Of a stretch of 64,000 bases of DNA, positions 37,038 to 46,640 are shown in pieces. The stretch's first letter is position 1. Every line of letters begins with the position of its first letter. The DNA lies in IMG/VR virus record IMGVR_UViG_3300033066_001296, positions 15,846 to 79,845 of that record. One strand, 5' to 3'. Position numbers and translations under genes: made by a program. The notes beneath the pieces are model-generated. The model saw nothing but the letters and a program-made list of their open reading frames with translations. It did no database searches and was not told the DNA's origin. The stretch is from a virus (lineage: Duplodnaviria; Caudoviricetes).

Positions 37038-40000
37038 TCTCATCAAGTTCATCGCAAAAGAAGATCCAGAGCACGCTGTACAACTTGAACGAGACTACAA
37101 GCGTGCCATGATCATTCTTGCGCGTAATGATCCCGCCATGTTTTGTCAGTATGTCCTTCGTAATGGCAAAACAGGAGGTGCGATCTACCTCACACCCGAG
37201 CATGTGGCTTTGCACAAGCTGATTCAGCCGTGCTCTAGAACTGCGGTTTGGACTTATCCTGAGTTTGGCAAAGGTCTAGACCTAAATACTGACATTCCGA
37301 CACCATCAGGATGGGTAAAGATGTCAGATATTCAAGTTGGGTCATCTGTATTCGGATCTGACGGCATAGAGGCTCGTGTCATTTGGGTAAGCCCTATCCA
37401 AAACATCCGAGTTTTTGATGTAGAGTTTGACGATGGTGTAGTTATTCGTTGTGACGAGTCTCATTTGTGGTCCGCATACTCATGCAAAGATCGTCACAAG
37501 AATCCACAACCGCTCAAACTCGTGAGCACGTTGGAAATGTCCAACTCCGTCAAGCATGGAGATAGGAACCAGTGGGGAATTCCAATCGCACCTCCGGTCC
37601 AATATCCATCCAAGCAATTGCCGGTGCATCCATATCTTTTGGGTGCTTGGCTAGGAGATGGTGACAGTAAAGGACTAACTTTGACTTGTCACCAAGAAGA
37701 CATTGCGATTGTGGATCGGTGTTGCCAGCTATCCGGTGAGTTGGTCAAAAAGGTTCCAGACAAGCGTAAGCCTCATGTACTGCGCTGTAAGATTGGTGGT
37801 TCTGAACTTCAGAAAAAGTTCAGGCAGCTTGGGGTTCTTGGAAAAGCAGGTTGCAAATTCATTCCTGCCGAATACCTCACAGCTTCCGAGGACCAAAGGA
37901 GGGAGTTGTTGGCGGGGCTGCTAGACACTGATGGTACTGTCTACACGAGATCTAACGATGTGTCGTTTGTAGAAGTATCTTTTTGTGTTGAACGTCTGGC
38001 ACTCGACACGCTTGAGCTTGTCAGGTCCCTGGGCTTCAAGGCCAGGCTCCGTTCTGAACCCTCTAAACTCTACGGCAGGGTTGTAGGTGCACGACATAGG
38101 ATTTTCTTCACAGCCAGGGAACCAGTCTTCAAACTGGAACGCAAGCTCAACAAGCAGAAACTCCAAGCTGCTCACGGGAGCAAAGCAAACGCGCGATACG
38201 TTGTAAGCGTTACGGAAGTTCCCTCTGTTCCGACCAAATGCATCAAGGTTGATTCGCCTGATCACACCTTTCTTGCGGGGCGCAGCTACACAGTCACGCA
38301 CAACTGTGAAGAGTCTGGAAATTCTGTACTCCTTCGGGATGGCACTTGGAGAAAGATCGAAGATCTGGCAGATGGGAACTTTCACGAACTTCTAACGTGG
38401 GATCTACACCAACCCGCACTCAAACCAGTTACAGGACGTGTAACTGCGAACGGGAAACGTCCCGTGGTTCGTTTCCACTTGGCAAACGGGCACAAGATCG
38501 GCGTTACACAGGAGCATCCTCTTTGCGCTGCGGACGATGTTCAGTGGCGGCAAGCTCAGAATTTGAAGGTGGGGGACCGAATCGTCTGCCTCCGTCATCT
38601 TGAGCTCGAGTCCACAACACCCGAAAGTGACGTACCCTCCGAAGAAGCAGAGATTCTTGGATATCTCCTAGCGGGCGAGGTTCGAGGTCGGAGAGTCTTT
38701 GTTCGCAAGCTCTGGAAAAGCGAGCATTGGAGCTCTCGCCGTGCTCGGATGTTCAAGAAAGCCATGTGGGAGCTTGTGGACCACGATCGGGATTGGTTGG
38801 AAGTGGTGCTCTCCAAGAGCGCTGATTCCACCGATATGCACCCTTACGTGTTCATAAATCAGCTCGCCACAATTCAAGACAAGTATCCCGTGGATCTGAG
38901 CCCAGAAATCTGGAGGCTCCACAAGACGGGACTTCAGAGGCTCCTTACTGCATTCTTTGTAACGGCATTTTGTGATCCTCGGAGGAAGATCTGGACAAGG
39001 GGTCGCACAGTAGGCGTCTCTGACAAGCGCTACCCCAAGGGCTTCGTTCACAAGTGTTACGAAACTGGTGACATGATCCGCAGGCTTGCACTGCGATTGG
39101 GGGTGTCCATAATCGTAAAGCAGGACTATTACTTTACGAAAGAGTGGCTGATCAGCGTACCTAATCCCCAAGTAAAGATCTTTTACCCATCGAAGGTAGA
39201 ATACCCAGACCAGATTCCGTTGATGGAGGCTGTTGAGATTGTAAAGATCGAACATGCAGAGGCGGAAACCTGGGCAGTTGAGATTCTGGATAGCGAGCAC
39301 AGCTACATTTCTGGGGGTGTGCTCTCTCACAACACCACGCAGATGATCGGGCATGTTCTCTGGCGTCTTGGGAAAGACCCCAACATCTCGATTGGTATCT
39401 TTCAGAACTCCAAAGGCTCCGCGATCAACACCCTCAAGACGATCAAGGAGTACATTGAGGATTCTGTAGAGCTCCACGACGTGTTCCCGAACTTGGTTCC
39501 GGGTACAACATGGAGCGAGCATCAGATCACGGTTCCACGAAGCACCTTCCGACGTGACCCTTCCGTCAAGGCGGTGTCTCTCGGATCGAAGTTCATGGGG
39601 GACCGCTTTGATGGTCTGATCCTTGACGACGTGGACAACCCTGATACCGTGCTCACAGAGGAATCGAGAAAGAAGACAGAGGATTGGGTTCGTCGAAGTG
39701 CTCTCTCCCGTCTTACAGAGGAAGCCTGGGCAATCGCCATCGGCAACATCTGGCACGAAGGCGATCTCATGCACCAGCTTGTTAAATCGGGCTGGAATGC
39801 AGTAAAGCACCCTGTCCTTCGCCCTGATGGAACACCTCTCGATCCAGACCGCTTTACGTTGGAGCGCATCTACCACATTCGCGATGTGGATCAGAAGCCC
39901 ATCGAGTTTGAGCGCCTTTACATGCTCAAAGAGCGGAGGGATGGCGATCAGAGATTCCGTATGGAATGGATTGCCAACGCCTTGAAGAAGGGCAATCAGA

Positions 40001-41814
40001 ATATCCTCGTGAAGTGCGAGGAGCACATTCCAAAGATCCCATCGGGATGCCGTGCGATTACGGGCGTGGACCTTGGTGTGAAAAAGAAGGCATCTTCGGA
40101 CCCTACAGTGATCACTACGATTCTCGAAGCCCCAGCCGGGAAGGATCGCTACGAATATCAGATTCTCAACATCAAGAAGGGTCGTTGGGATGCTGATGAG
40201 ATCATGAAGAACATTGCGGAGCAGCAACGCTGGTTCGGATCTCAAGTATTCGTGGAGTCGAACGGCTGTTTTGTTCCGGGCACTCGGGTGCTTACACCCT
40301 CCGGGTATGTGCCTATCGAGAAGGTTGAACCTGGAACTCTGGTGTGGACTCATATGGGACGTTGGAGAAAGGTCATCAATCGATACGACGGCACTGCGCG
40401 GCATGTGACTCCCGTAAAGGCAACCGGAAGTCTTTCAGTAACATGCACACCTAACCACGCATTTTATGTGCGGCAGGCTGGTAGAACATCTGGGCGTGGC
40501 GGGGGCCATCACAGACCGCTGGACCCAAAGGGCTGGTGCTCTATTGGGTTCCCCGACGTGCCCCTGTATCTGAATTTGGCTCTGCCAGTCTGGCCCGCCA
40601 AATCACCGGAGCTTCACTTGGAGCAGACCAAAAAGCTTCCGGCTCGTGCAATTCCTGTTAACGAAAAGTTGGCGCTTGTTCTCGGTCTTTTCATGGCAGA
40701 AGGGCACACAACGACGGGTCAAGTGTTTTGGACGTTGAACAAAAACGAGGGTTATCTTGCAGACCTGATCGACGAGGTGTTGAGTCCTCTTGGCTTCAAA
40801 TCCAGCCGCCGCATTTACAACAACACACTTCGTGTCGTAATTTCTCAGGTGCAACTTGCAAAGACCCTCAAATGTGGAAAGGGTCCGAACAAATGCCTGC
40901 CATTGGATTGGATGGGGTGGCCTCTGGATCTGCGTATTGCTCTTGTCAGAGGTTGGCTACTCGGAGATGGCTGTGCAGGTAAGAACGGCAACAGAAAGAA
41001 GTTGCCGTCTATTAGTCTTTCTGGTGTGACGATCTCTAGGGATTGGGCTTTGTTTGTGAGGTCAACCCTTCATCAAGCTGGAATCACTGTTGCGCTTAGG
41101 GAGTCCACACGTAAACAATCTGTGATCGAAGGGCGCATAGTTAATAGAAATCCGTCGTTCCTCTTGAATCTTACACAAGATGGTTCTGAGCAACTTCGCA
41201 AGCACATGACGCATTCTGTCGAAGCTGAGCGTTGGGGAGCAAAGTGGTGGGATCAGTCTCTTCCAAATGCAAGGCAGCATGGATGTCCGACTGTAATCCA
41301 AGCTGATGGTGTTTGGGCTCGAATGAAAGATCATGATCTAGACCCAAAGAAGACGTACATTCCATACGAAAACGGGCCTGTTCATAATCTAGTTGTTGAG
41401 GAAGATGAGTCCTTCACTGTTGAGGATTTTGTTGTTCACAATGCCCAGGACTTTCTTGTTCAGCTCATCAACTTGTCGGGTTCCAACTTCCGCGTTACAC
41501 CCTTCAACACAGGCCGTAACAAGTACGATCCAATGTACGGTATCGAGTCTCTTGCGGGGGAAATGGCGGTTGGTTACAACGAGGGCTCTGAGAATGAGTT
41601 CGGCCTCTGGTATTTCCCTTCGATCGATGGGACGCTCGAGAGCGCAGACGATGAGATCCAGGAGCTCGTTCAAGAGATGCTCGCGTACACGCCGGGGGAT
41701 CACACGGGCGACCTTCTCATGTCGCTCTGGATTGCCCGTGAAGGCGCAAGAAACTCGCGGATTCAAGTGAAAGAATCCAAGTTTCAGTGGGGTCGCCTTC
41801 GTCTTCGCCACTGA
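37018..41814 (+). CDS. terL: Terminase large subunit with three inteins (519 aa after removal)
   Basis: Reconstituted Walker A PEFGK|TT, Walker B LILDD, nuclease GVDLG...SD and GDHTGDLLMSLWIA; three Hint/LAGLIDADG insertions. Confidence 0.93.
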   Translation: MAKLNPDLIKFIAKEDPEHAVQLERDYKRAMIILARNDPAMFCQYVLRNGKTGGAIYLTPEHVALHKLIQPCSRTAVWTYPEFGKGLDLNTDIPTPSGWVKMSDIQVGSSVFGSDGIEARVIWVSPIQNIRVFDVEFDDGVVIRCDESHLWSAYSCKDRHKNPQPLKLVSTLEMSNSVKHGDRNQWGIPIAPPVQYPSKQLPVHPYLLGAWLGDGDSKGLTLTCHQEDIAIVDRCCQLSGELVKKVPDKRKPHVLRCKIGGSELQKKFRQLGVLGKAGCKFIPAEYLTASEDQRRELLAGLLDTDGTVYTRSNDVSFVEVSFCVERLALDTLELVRSLGFKARLRSEPSKLYGRVVGARHRIFFTAREPVFKLERKLNKQKLQAAHGSKANARYVVSVTEVPSVPTKCIKVDSPDHTFLAGRSYTVTHNCEESGNSVLLRDGTWRKIEDLADGNFHELLTWDLHQPALKPVTGRVTANGKRPVVRFHLANGHKIGVTQEHPLCAADDVQWRQAQNLKVGDRIVCLRHLELESTTPESDVPSEEAEILGYLLAGEVRGRRVFVRKLWKSEHWSSRRARMFKKAMWELVDHDRDWLEVVLSKSADSTDMHPYVFINQLATIQDKYPVDLSPEIWRLHKTGLQRLLTAFFVTAFCDPRRKIWTRGRTVGVSDKRYPKGFVHKCYETGDMIRRLALRLGVSIIVKQDYYFTKEWLISVPNPQVKIFYPSKVEYPDQIPLMEAVEIVKIEHAEAETWAVEILDSEHSYISGGVLSHNTTQMIGHVLWRLGKDPNISIGIFQNSKGSAINTLKTIKEYIEDSVELHDVFPNLVPGTTWSEHQITVPRSTFRRDPSVKAVSLGSKFMGDRFDGLILDDVDNPDTVLTEESRKKTEDWVRRSALSRLTEEAWAIAIGNIWHEGDLMHQLVKSGWNAVKHPVLRPDGTPLDPDRFTLERIYHIRDVDQKPIEFERLYMLKERRDGDQRFRMEWIANALKKGNQNILVKCEEHIPKIPSGCRAITGVDLGVKKKASSDPTVITTILEAPAGKDRYEYQILNIKKGRWDADEIMKNIAEQQRWFGSQVFVESNGCFVPGTRVLTPSGYVPIEKVEPGTLVWTHMGRWRKVINRYDGTARHVTPVKATGSLSVTCTPNHAFYVRQAGRTSGRGGGHHRPLDPKGWCSIGFPDVPLYLNLALPVWPAKSPELHLEQTKKLPARAIPVNEKLALVLGLFMAEGHTTTGQVFWTLNKNEGYLADLIDEVLSPLGFKSSRRIYNNTLRVVISQVQLAKTLKCGKGPNKCLPLDWMGWPLDLRIALVRGWLLGDGCAGKNGNRKKLPSISLSGVTISRDWALFVRSTLHQAGITVALRESTRKQSVIEGRIVNRNPSFLLNLTQDGSEQLRKHMTHSVEAERWGAKWWDQSLPNARQHGCPTVIQADGVWARMKDHDLDPKKTYIPYENGPVHNLVVEEDESFTVEDFVVHNAQDFLVQLINLSGSNFRVTPFNTGRNKYDPMYGIESLAGEMAVGYNEGSENEFGLWYFPSIDGTLESADDEIQELVQEMLAYTPGDHTGDLLMSLWIAREGARNSRIQVKESKFQWGRLRLRH
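37273..38304 (+). mobile_element. Intein 1 (344 aa, class 3 WCT type, Gly1) with LAGLIDADG endonuclease
   Basis: GLDLNTDIPTPSGW start; block B CDESHLW, block F TKCIKV, block G VTHN; YLLGAWLGDG and LLAGLLDTDG motifs. Confidence 0.9.
38305..39333 (+). mobile_element. Intein 2 (343 aa, class 1, Cys1) with degenerate LAGLIDADG region
   Basis: CEESGNSVLLRDG start, TQEHP block B, ends GGVLSHN before Thr; EILGYLLAGE remnant. Confidence 0.88.
40267..41442 (+). mobile_element. Intein 3 (392 aa, Cys1) with LAGLIDADG endonuclease, followed by Ala
   Basis: CFVPGTRVLTPSG start, CTPNHAF block B, LGLFMAEG and VRGWLLGDG motifs, ends DFVVHN then GCC (Ala). Confidence 0.88.
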
Positions 41815-41877
41815 CGTAACCCCTTCTCAGCCCTTCCCGTACTTGCTAGTCTAGGCTTTCAACCATTCGGAGGATTC

Positions 41878-44190
41878 ATGTCTCGTTCCAAGGCTTCGGC
41901 CTCAAGGTCTTCTATTTTTCAGATTCAGGATGCAGATCGTTTCCTTCTCGACGACGCTTTCATCGAGAAATACAAGGGACAAGAGCCTAAATGGGGTCCA
42001 GTTGGTAAGATTGCATACGTAAGAACCTATGCAAGAGAGCTTCGCAACGAGGAGCTTGTCCAATTCTTCATGCGCGACATGAAGATGAGCCGAAAAGATG
42101 CCAGAGCAGCAGCTCGCAAGGCGGGTGTGCGCCGTGAAGAGTTCTGGCAGACGGCTCGCCGTGTCGTCGAGTTTGCTTGGACTGTGTTTCAGCGACAGGC
42201 TCGCATGGCGCATCACTCCTGGGATGCTGCGGAGGCTCAAGTAAAGGCGCAGGAGATGTTTGAGCGTCTTTGGGCCTTCAAATGGCTCCCACCCGGCAGA
42301 GGTATGCAGTTCGCAGGAACCCCTGTGGTGGAACTCAAAGGGGGTGCAGTGCTGAACAATTGCGGATTCGTGAGCACAAGACACCTATCCGCAGACCTTG
42401 CATCTCCTTTCTGCCGTTTCATGGACTTCTTGATGCTTGGTGTGGGCATGGGTGCCGATGTTCGAGGTGCTGGGTCTGTCACAATCAAAGCCCCCATCCA
42501 AGGCAATGACCCTCCTTATCGCGTCGAAGACAGTCGCGAGGGCTGGGTAAACGCACTTCGGGTGAAGCTCGACACCTACTTTCACGGACTCATGGAAGTA
42601 GAGTTTGATTTCTCAAACATTCGAGCAGAGGGCAAGCCTCTGAAGACTCTGGGGGGCACTTCGAGCGGTTCCGCACCTCTCGAAAGGCTCTTGAATCGTG
42701 TGGATGAGATCCTCAAGCCACTAATCGACCGTACGATTACTGTGTCTGCGATTGCAGACATCTTCAACGAGATTGGCGTGTGCGTTGTCTCTGGTAACAT
42801 TCGCAGATCTGCCGAGATCATGATCGGAGAGAACGGAGATGACGCATTTGCAGCATTGAAAGACCCATCTGATCTCAATAATGCGTTCGCAGAGCGCAGT
42901 CTTATTGAGGATCAGATCCCCGAGGTTTCCAGACTGCATCAAAAGATCGCAAGACTGCGTGAGAAGCAAGCAGACCTGTCTGCTGCCAACGCCAAGTTCC
43001 TCTATCTCCAAGACAAAATCGATCGGGCCAACGCAAGGCTCCACAAGATTGCCAGCTCGAACGAAGCCTGGTTGGCTGTAACGGACAAGATCAACAAGCA
43101 CCCCCTCAATACACACCGCTGGGCATCGAATAACACCCAACTCTTCTCGACCAAGGACAGCTTTGAAGAGGTCGCAGCAAGAATCATATCCAATGGAGAG
43201 CCCGGTATTGCCTTCATGGACAGCATTCGCGCATACGGGAGAATGGGCGACTTTGTTCACTATCCTCGAAGTGCAGATCTGAAAGACCCTCGTGTTGAGG
43301 GCTTCAACCCTTGCTCTGAGCAGTCTCTCGAAGATGGTGAGCTGTGTTGCCTCGGGGAGCTCAACCCCAACGCGCACGAAACCCTCGAAGACTTCCTCAT
43401 GACCATCAAGTTTGCGTATATGTATTGCAAGGCGGTCACGCTGGTGCCTACCCATGACCCTGAAACCAATCAGATCATGACGAGAAACCGCCGTATCGGG
43501 CTCTCCATGATGGGCATCTGGAAGATGTACGAACGACTTGGAATGCAGGAGTGCATTCGTTGGTGGGATCGCGGCTACGAAGAGGTGCGCAAGTGGGACA
43601 GGACCTACTCTTCGTGGCTTGGTGTGAACGAATCCATCAAAGTTACCTCCGTGAAACCCGGAGGCACAATCCCTCTTCTCGTTGGGGAAGAGGGCGGCAT
43701 GAAGATTCCTACTGCCAAGTACTACTTCCGCACCATTCGCATGGATCACAAGTCGCCGCTCGTAAAGGCTTGCAAGGATGCGGGTTATCGTGTGGAGAAG
43801 GACCGTGTTTCACCAAGAACGGCGGTTGTGTACTTCCCAATCCACGATGAGTCCACAAAGCGCACCTCGGAGCAGGTTACGCTTTGGGAGCAGATGGGGT
43901 TGCTTGCAGCTCTGCAAGCCCATTGGTCCGACAACATGGTGTCCAACACCATCACGTTCCGTCCTCACGAGGCAGATCAGATCGCGTCTGCGGTGGGAAT
44001 GTTCGCAAACCGAATCAAATCGGTGAGCTTTCTACCCCTGATGACGCACGGATACGCGCAAGCCCCCTACATCCCAATCGAAGAGTGGGAGTACGAGCTT
44101 GCAGTTGGAAAGTTGGGGAATCTAGATCTGTCAGGCGGGGGTCACGAAGTAGACGAGAAGTACTGCACCGGAGATGTCTGTATGCGCTGA
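41878..44190 (+). CDS. nrdJ: Class II (adenosylcobalamin-dependent, monomeric type) ribonucleotide reductase
   Basis: WLPPGRG, LNNC, GVGMG, VVSGNIRRSAEI, GFNPCSEQ, CCLGE, SVKPGGT motifs. Confidence 0.93.
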   Translation: MSRSKASASRSSIFQIQDADRFLLDDAFIEKYKGQEPKWGPVGKIAYVRTYARELRNEELVQFFMRDMKMSRKDARAAARKAGVRREEFWQTARRVVEFAWTVFQRQARMAHHSWDAAEAQVKAQEMFERLWAFKWLPPGRGMQFAGTPVVELKGGAVLNNCGFVSTRHLSADLASPFCRFMDFLMLGVGMGADVRGAGSVTIKAPIQGNDPPYRVEDSREGWVNALRVKLDTYFHGLMEVEFDFSNIRAEGKPLKTLGGTSSGSAPLERLLNRVDEILKPLIDRTITVSAIADIFNEIGVCVVSGNIRRSAEIMIGENGDDAFAALKDPSDLNNAFAERSLIEDQIPEVSRLHQKIARLREKQADLSAANAKFLYLQDKIDRANARLHKIASSNEAWLAVTDKINKHPLNTHRWASNNTQLFSTKDSFEEVAARIISNGEPGIAFMDSIRAYGRMGDFVHYPRSADLKDPRVEGFNPCSEQSLEDGELCCLGELNPNAHETLEDFLMTIKFAYMYCKAVTLVPTHDPETNQIMTRNRRIGLSMMGIWKMYERLGMQECIRWWDRGYEEVRKWDRTYSSWLGVNESIKVTSVKPGGTIPLLVGEEGGMKIPTAKYYFRTIRMDHKSPLVKACKDAGYRVEKDRVSPRTAVVYFPIHDESTKRTSEQVTLWEQMGLLAALQAHWSDNMVSNTITFRPHEADQIASAVGMFANRIKSVSFLPLMTHGYAQAPYIPIEEWEYELAVGKLGNLDLSGGGHEVDEKYCTGDVCMR

Positions 44191-44469
44191 TCAAGCACCG
44201 TCGAGTGTGGCGTCCTGGGCGTTCTGGGACGTCACACTCACGAGGAGCTGCATCTTGGCGTACTCCAAGTTGCCGATCATTCGCATCTGATCCGACACTT
44301 CCTTCACAATGTGCGATCCCTGATTCTTCGACTCTGTAACAACGAGAGCTCCGTAGATCTCCCCCTTCTTGGCAAGATCCAGCAAGTGCTGAAGCACGCC
44401 CACAAGAATGAGGTTCGGAGGATCACGATCAATTACGGTCAGATTGGATTTCTTGTTCTTCCTGGCCAT
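44191..44469 (-). CDS. Hypothetical protein
   Basis: MARKNKKSNLTVID... 92 aa, start 2 nt after KTSC stop. Confidence 0.5.
   Translation of the reverse strand: MARKNKKSNLTVIDRDPPNLILVGVLQHLLDLAKKGEIYGALVVTESKNQGSHIVKEVSDQMRMIGNLEYAKMQLLVSVTSQNAQDATLDGA
44203..44239. terminator. Long hairpin at convergence of nrdJ and minus-strand genes
   Basis: GAGTGTGGCGTCC...GGACGTCACACTC stem just after nrdJ stop; no U-tract. Confidence 0.4.
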
Positions 44470-44470
44470 A

Positions 44471-44680
44471 TCACACCTTTTCGTAGGGGAACTTGTTACG
44501 GACGTTCTTCCAGAAGAACTTACCCTTGGAGGGAGCTTGAAGCAAGAAACGAGCGGTGTTCGGGTGGACACCCTCGTATTGGTAGATAGAGCCTGTCCAA
44601 AACTCCACCTCAAGGGTCTGCTGGCTCTTGTCGTAGCCGACAGATTTGAGGTTTGAGCTTCGGACAGGTTTTCTATTCAT
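44471..44680 (-). CDS. KTSC domain protein
   Basis: PVRSSNLKSVGYD...LEVEF..GSIYQYEGV...LLQAPSKGKFF..NVRNKFPY. Confidence 0.92.
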   Translation of the reverse strand: MNRKPVRSSNLKSVGYDKSQQTLEVEFWTGSIYQYEGVHPNTARFLLQAPSKGKFFWKNVRNKFPYEKV

Positions 44681-44685
44681 GGGGA

Positions 44686-45495
44686 TCAGGTGGCAATCAG
44701 ACCGAGAGTCCGAAGACGGGCCAGCAAAGCGTTGAGCGCTGTCCGAGCTTCCGCATCCGTTGTGGCCCCACCTGATGCGTCAGCCACAGCGGTAGGCTGA
44801 GCAGCTTCCGCAGCGCCGAAGAACCCGATGCCCGTTGCACCCACCACGATTCGGGTTGCGTTGTCCGCGGGGTTACGAAGCTGGAGAGCTCCGGTTCCCT
44901 TGGCTCGGATGCGAAGGCTGACGTTGGTCTCTCCGTACGCTGCAAGCAGGGCAGGGACGGTCGTAGCGCCGGGGACAACCTCCACACCGTTTACACCCGC
45001 CGCCGCCTCTGCGCGGGCTCTGAAGCCCGCTGTGTGGGCCGTTCCGGCATACGCAGGTCGGAACTCCAGGAAGCCTGACTCCGAAGCCGCCGTAACCACT
45101 GCGAGCCCGCCTGCGATAGAACCTGCAAGAACCTCTGTACCCGAACCATTCTCCGTCTTCAGAACGGCACGAACACCGATACCTGCCGTGGCAGTTCCCG
45201 ATGTGGTGTGCGAAAGTGTAATTGCAGTTGTGAGGTTGTCCGCAACCGCATCGTTCACCGTATAGGTGGGTGCCGAAGCGGAAACCGGACCAAACGTTGC
45301 ATCATCATTCGATCCGGCATACGAAGCGCCAAGATCCTGAAGCTCCAATGCACCATCATCCAGCGATGGGCACAGCGCCACAAGGGAAGCAAGCGACGCC
45401 GAAAGAACGATCCGCTGCCCGCCACGAAGAATACCCTGAAGAGGGTAGGGAAGAGCGCAGATCTCAACTGATGGATTTCTAACTAGAACTGCCAT
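44686..45495 (-). CDS. Putative head fibre/decoration structural protein
   Basis: A/G/T-rich; C-terminal EARTALNALLARLRTLGLIA trimerisation-type motif. Confidence 0.6.
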   Translation of the reverse strand: MAVLVRNPSVEICALPYPLQGILRGGQRIVLSASLASLVALCPSLDDGALELQDLGASYAGSNDDATFGPVSASAPTYTVNDAVADNLTTAITLSHTTSGTATAGIGVRAVLKTENGSGTEVLAGSIAGGLAVVTAASESGFLEFRPAYAGTAHTAGFRARAEAAAGVNGVEVVPGATTVPALLAAYGETNVSLRIRAKGTGALQLRNPADNATRIVVGATGIGFFGAAEAAQPTAVADASGGATTDAEARTALNALLARLRTLGLIAT

Positions 45496-45585
45496 TGAGT
45501 CTCCTGTTTTGTCAGAAGCCTACGAAAAACCACTTCAAGAGTCGAGCGAAACTTTGTAGTTTCGTATTCCGTAAAAGGGGGGTGT

Positions 45586-45915
45586 ATGACGTTTTCAGAG
45601 TACACATGGGAATATGGCAAGTTTGGTGCGGACTCCATACGCACCACCACGATGTTCGGACGGAAGGTAGACATCTGTCAGAAGAGCCGAGGAGCTCCGG
45701 GTGAAACTCAGCACGGTATGGGTGTAGACAAACCCAGCACCTACTACCGCATCAACAACGGAGACTGGATCTGGTCCAATTACAGATCCATGGTGGAAAC
45801 TGTGAATGTACTTTCTGGGATTCTGGAAGATCTTTCTATTCAGGATCGTAACTTGGAGATTTGTCGCCAGCTTGATCTGGAAAGAAACAAGTTTGAGTTC
45901 AAGGAACGGAGATGA
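45586..45915 (+). CDS. Hypothetical protein
   Basis: 109 aa; ATGA overlap with next ORF. Confidence 0.5.
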   Translation: MTFSEYTWEYGKFGADSIRTTTMFGRKVDICQKSRGAPGETQHGMGVDKPSTYYRINNGDWIWSNYRSMVETVNVLSGILEDLSIQDRNLEICRQLDLERNKFEFKERR

Positions 45916-46106
45916 GCCTTCATCTCGATCTTGATCCAAAACTCCAAGAGCACTTCTCCCGATACGGAGACAAGCTGATCCTCTGGTCTCGCCTCGAAGC
46001 TCTCAAAGAGTGGGAACCCTTCCTCAAGGAAGGTTACTACGAAAAACTACTCCGAGCTGCCTACCGCACTCCAGTCCATGAGGACTACCCTCCCAAAACC
46101 CTATGA
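45912..46106 (+). CDS. Hypothetical protein
   Basis: 64 aa, coupled to previous ORF. Confidence 0.45.
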   Translation: MSLHLDLDPKLQEHFSRYGDKLILWSRLEALKEWEPFLKEGYYEKLLRAAYRTPVHEDYPPKTL

Positions 46107-46370
46107 AACAAGAGGTTACGCAAGAATCGTAAGCCGGTTTCATTTTCTTTCCGAAATAGCGTAACCTTTTTCCGCCAGACCTCGTACCGAGTGTTATCGG
46201 TTTCGAGAACCAGAAAACCAAGTCAAGAATACCTCACCATTCCTGACCATTCACAACCACAGATTCCAGAAAAATCAAACTCATTCGAGAGGGGGTACCC
46301 CACCCCCACCTGGAATCTGGAAAAGACCCCTCCCCCCACTAGCTAGGACAATCCGAAAAACCGGGAGAAA

Positions 46371-46397
46371 GCCCTGTCCTACACTGTAGGACAGGGC
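46371..46397. repeat. Perfect palindrome with 13-bp arms
   Basis: GCCCTGTCCTACA-C-TGTAGGACAGGGC. Confidence 0.9.
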
Positions 46398-46481
46398 GGG
46401 GAGAAAACCCGGAGAGTCGGAAGGCGCCTAGACGGTTCTAGAGGGTAGAAAACAGGGGATAGGACACCCCCCAAAAACAGC

Positions 46482-46523
46482 CCCGTAAAGGCCCCTAGCA
46501 GCCCCTACAGTGGCAGGAAAGGG
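46482..46523 (+). repeat. 42-bp element, inverted copy at 60707..60748
   Basis: 35/42 ungapped identity to the reverse complement of 60707..60748. Confidence 0.85.
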
Positions 46524-46640
46524 AGGGGGTAGGTAGGGGGGTAGCCACCCCGTTGAAACCCCCCTTCTAGAACGTCCAATAGCACTAGTCAAGAATCCCT
46601 GTAGAATCGTAAAAGAACTCGGTTGAGTTTCCTCCCGAAT

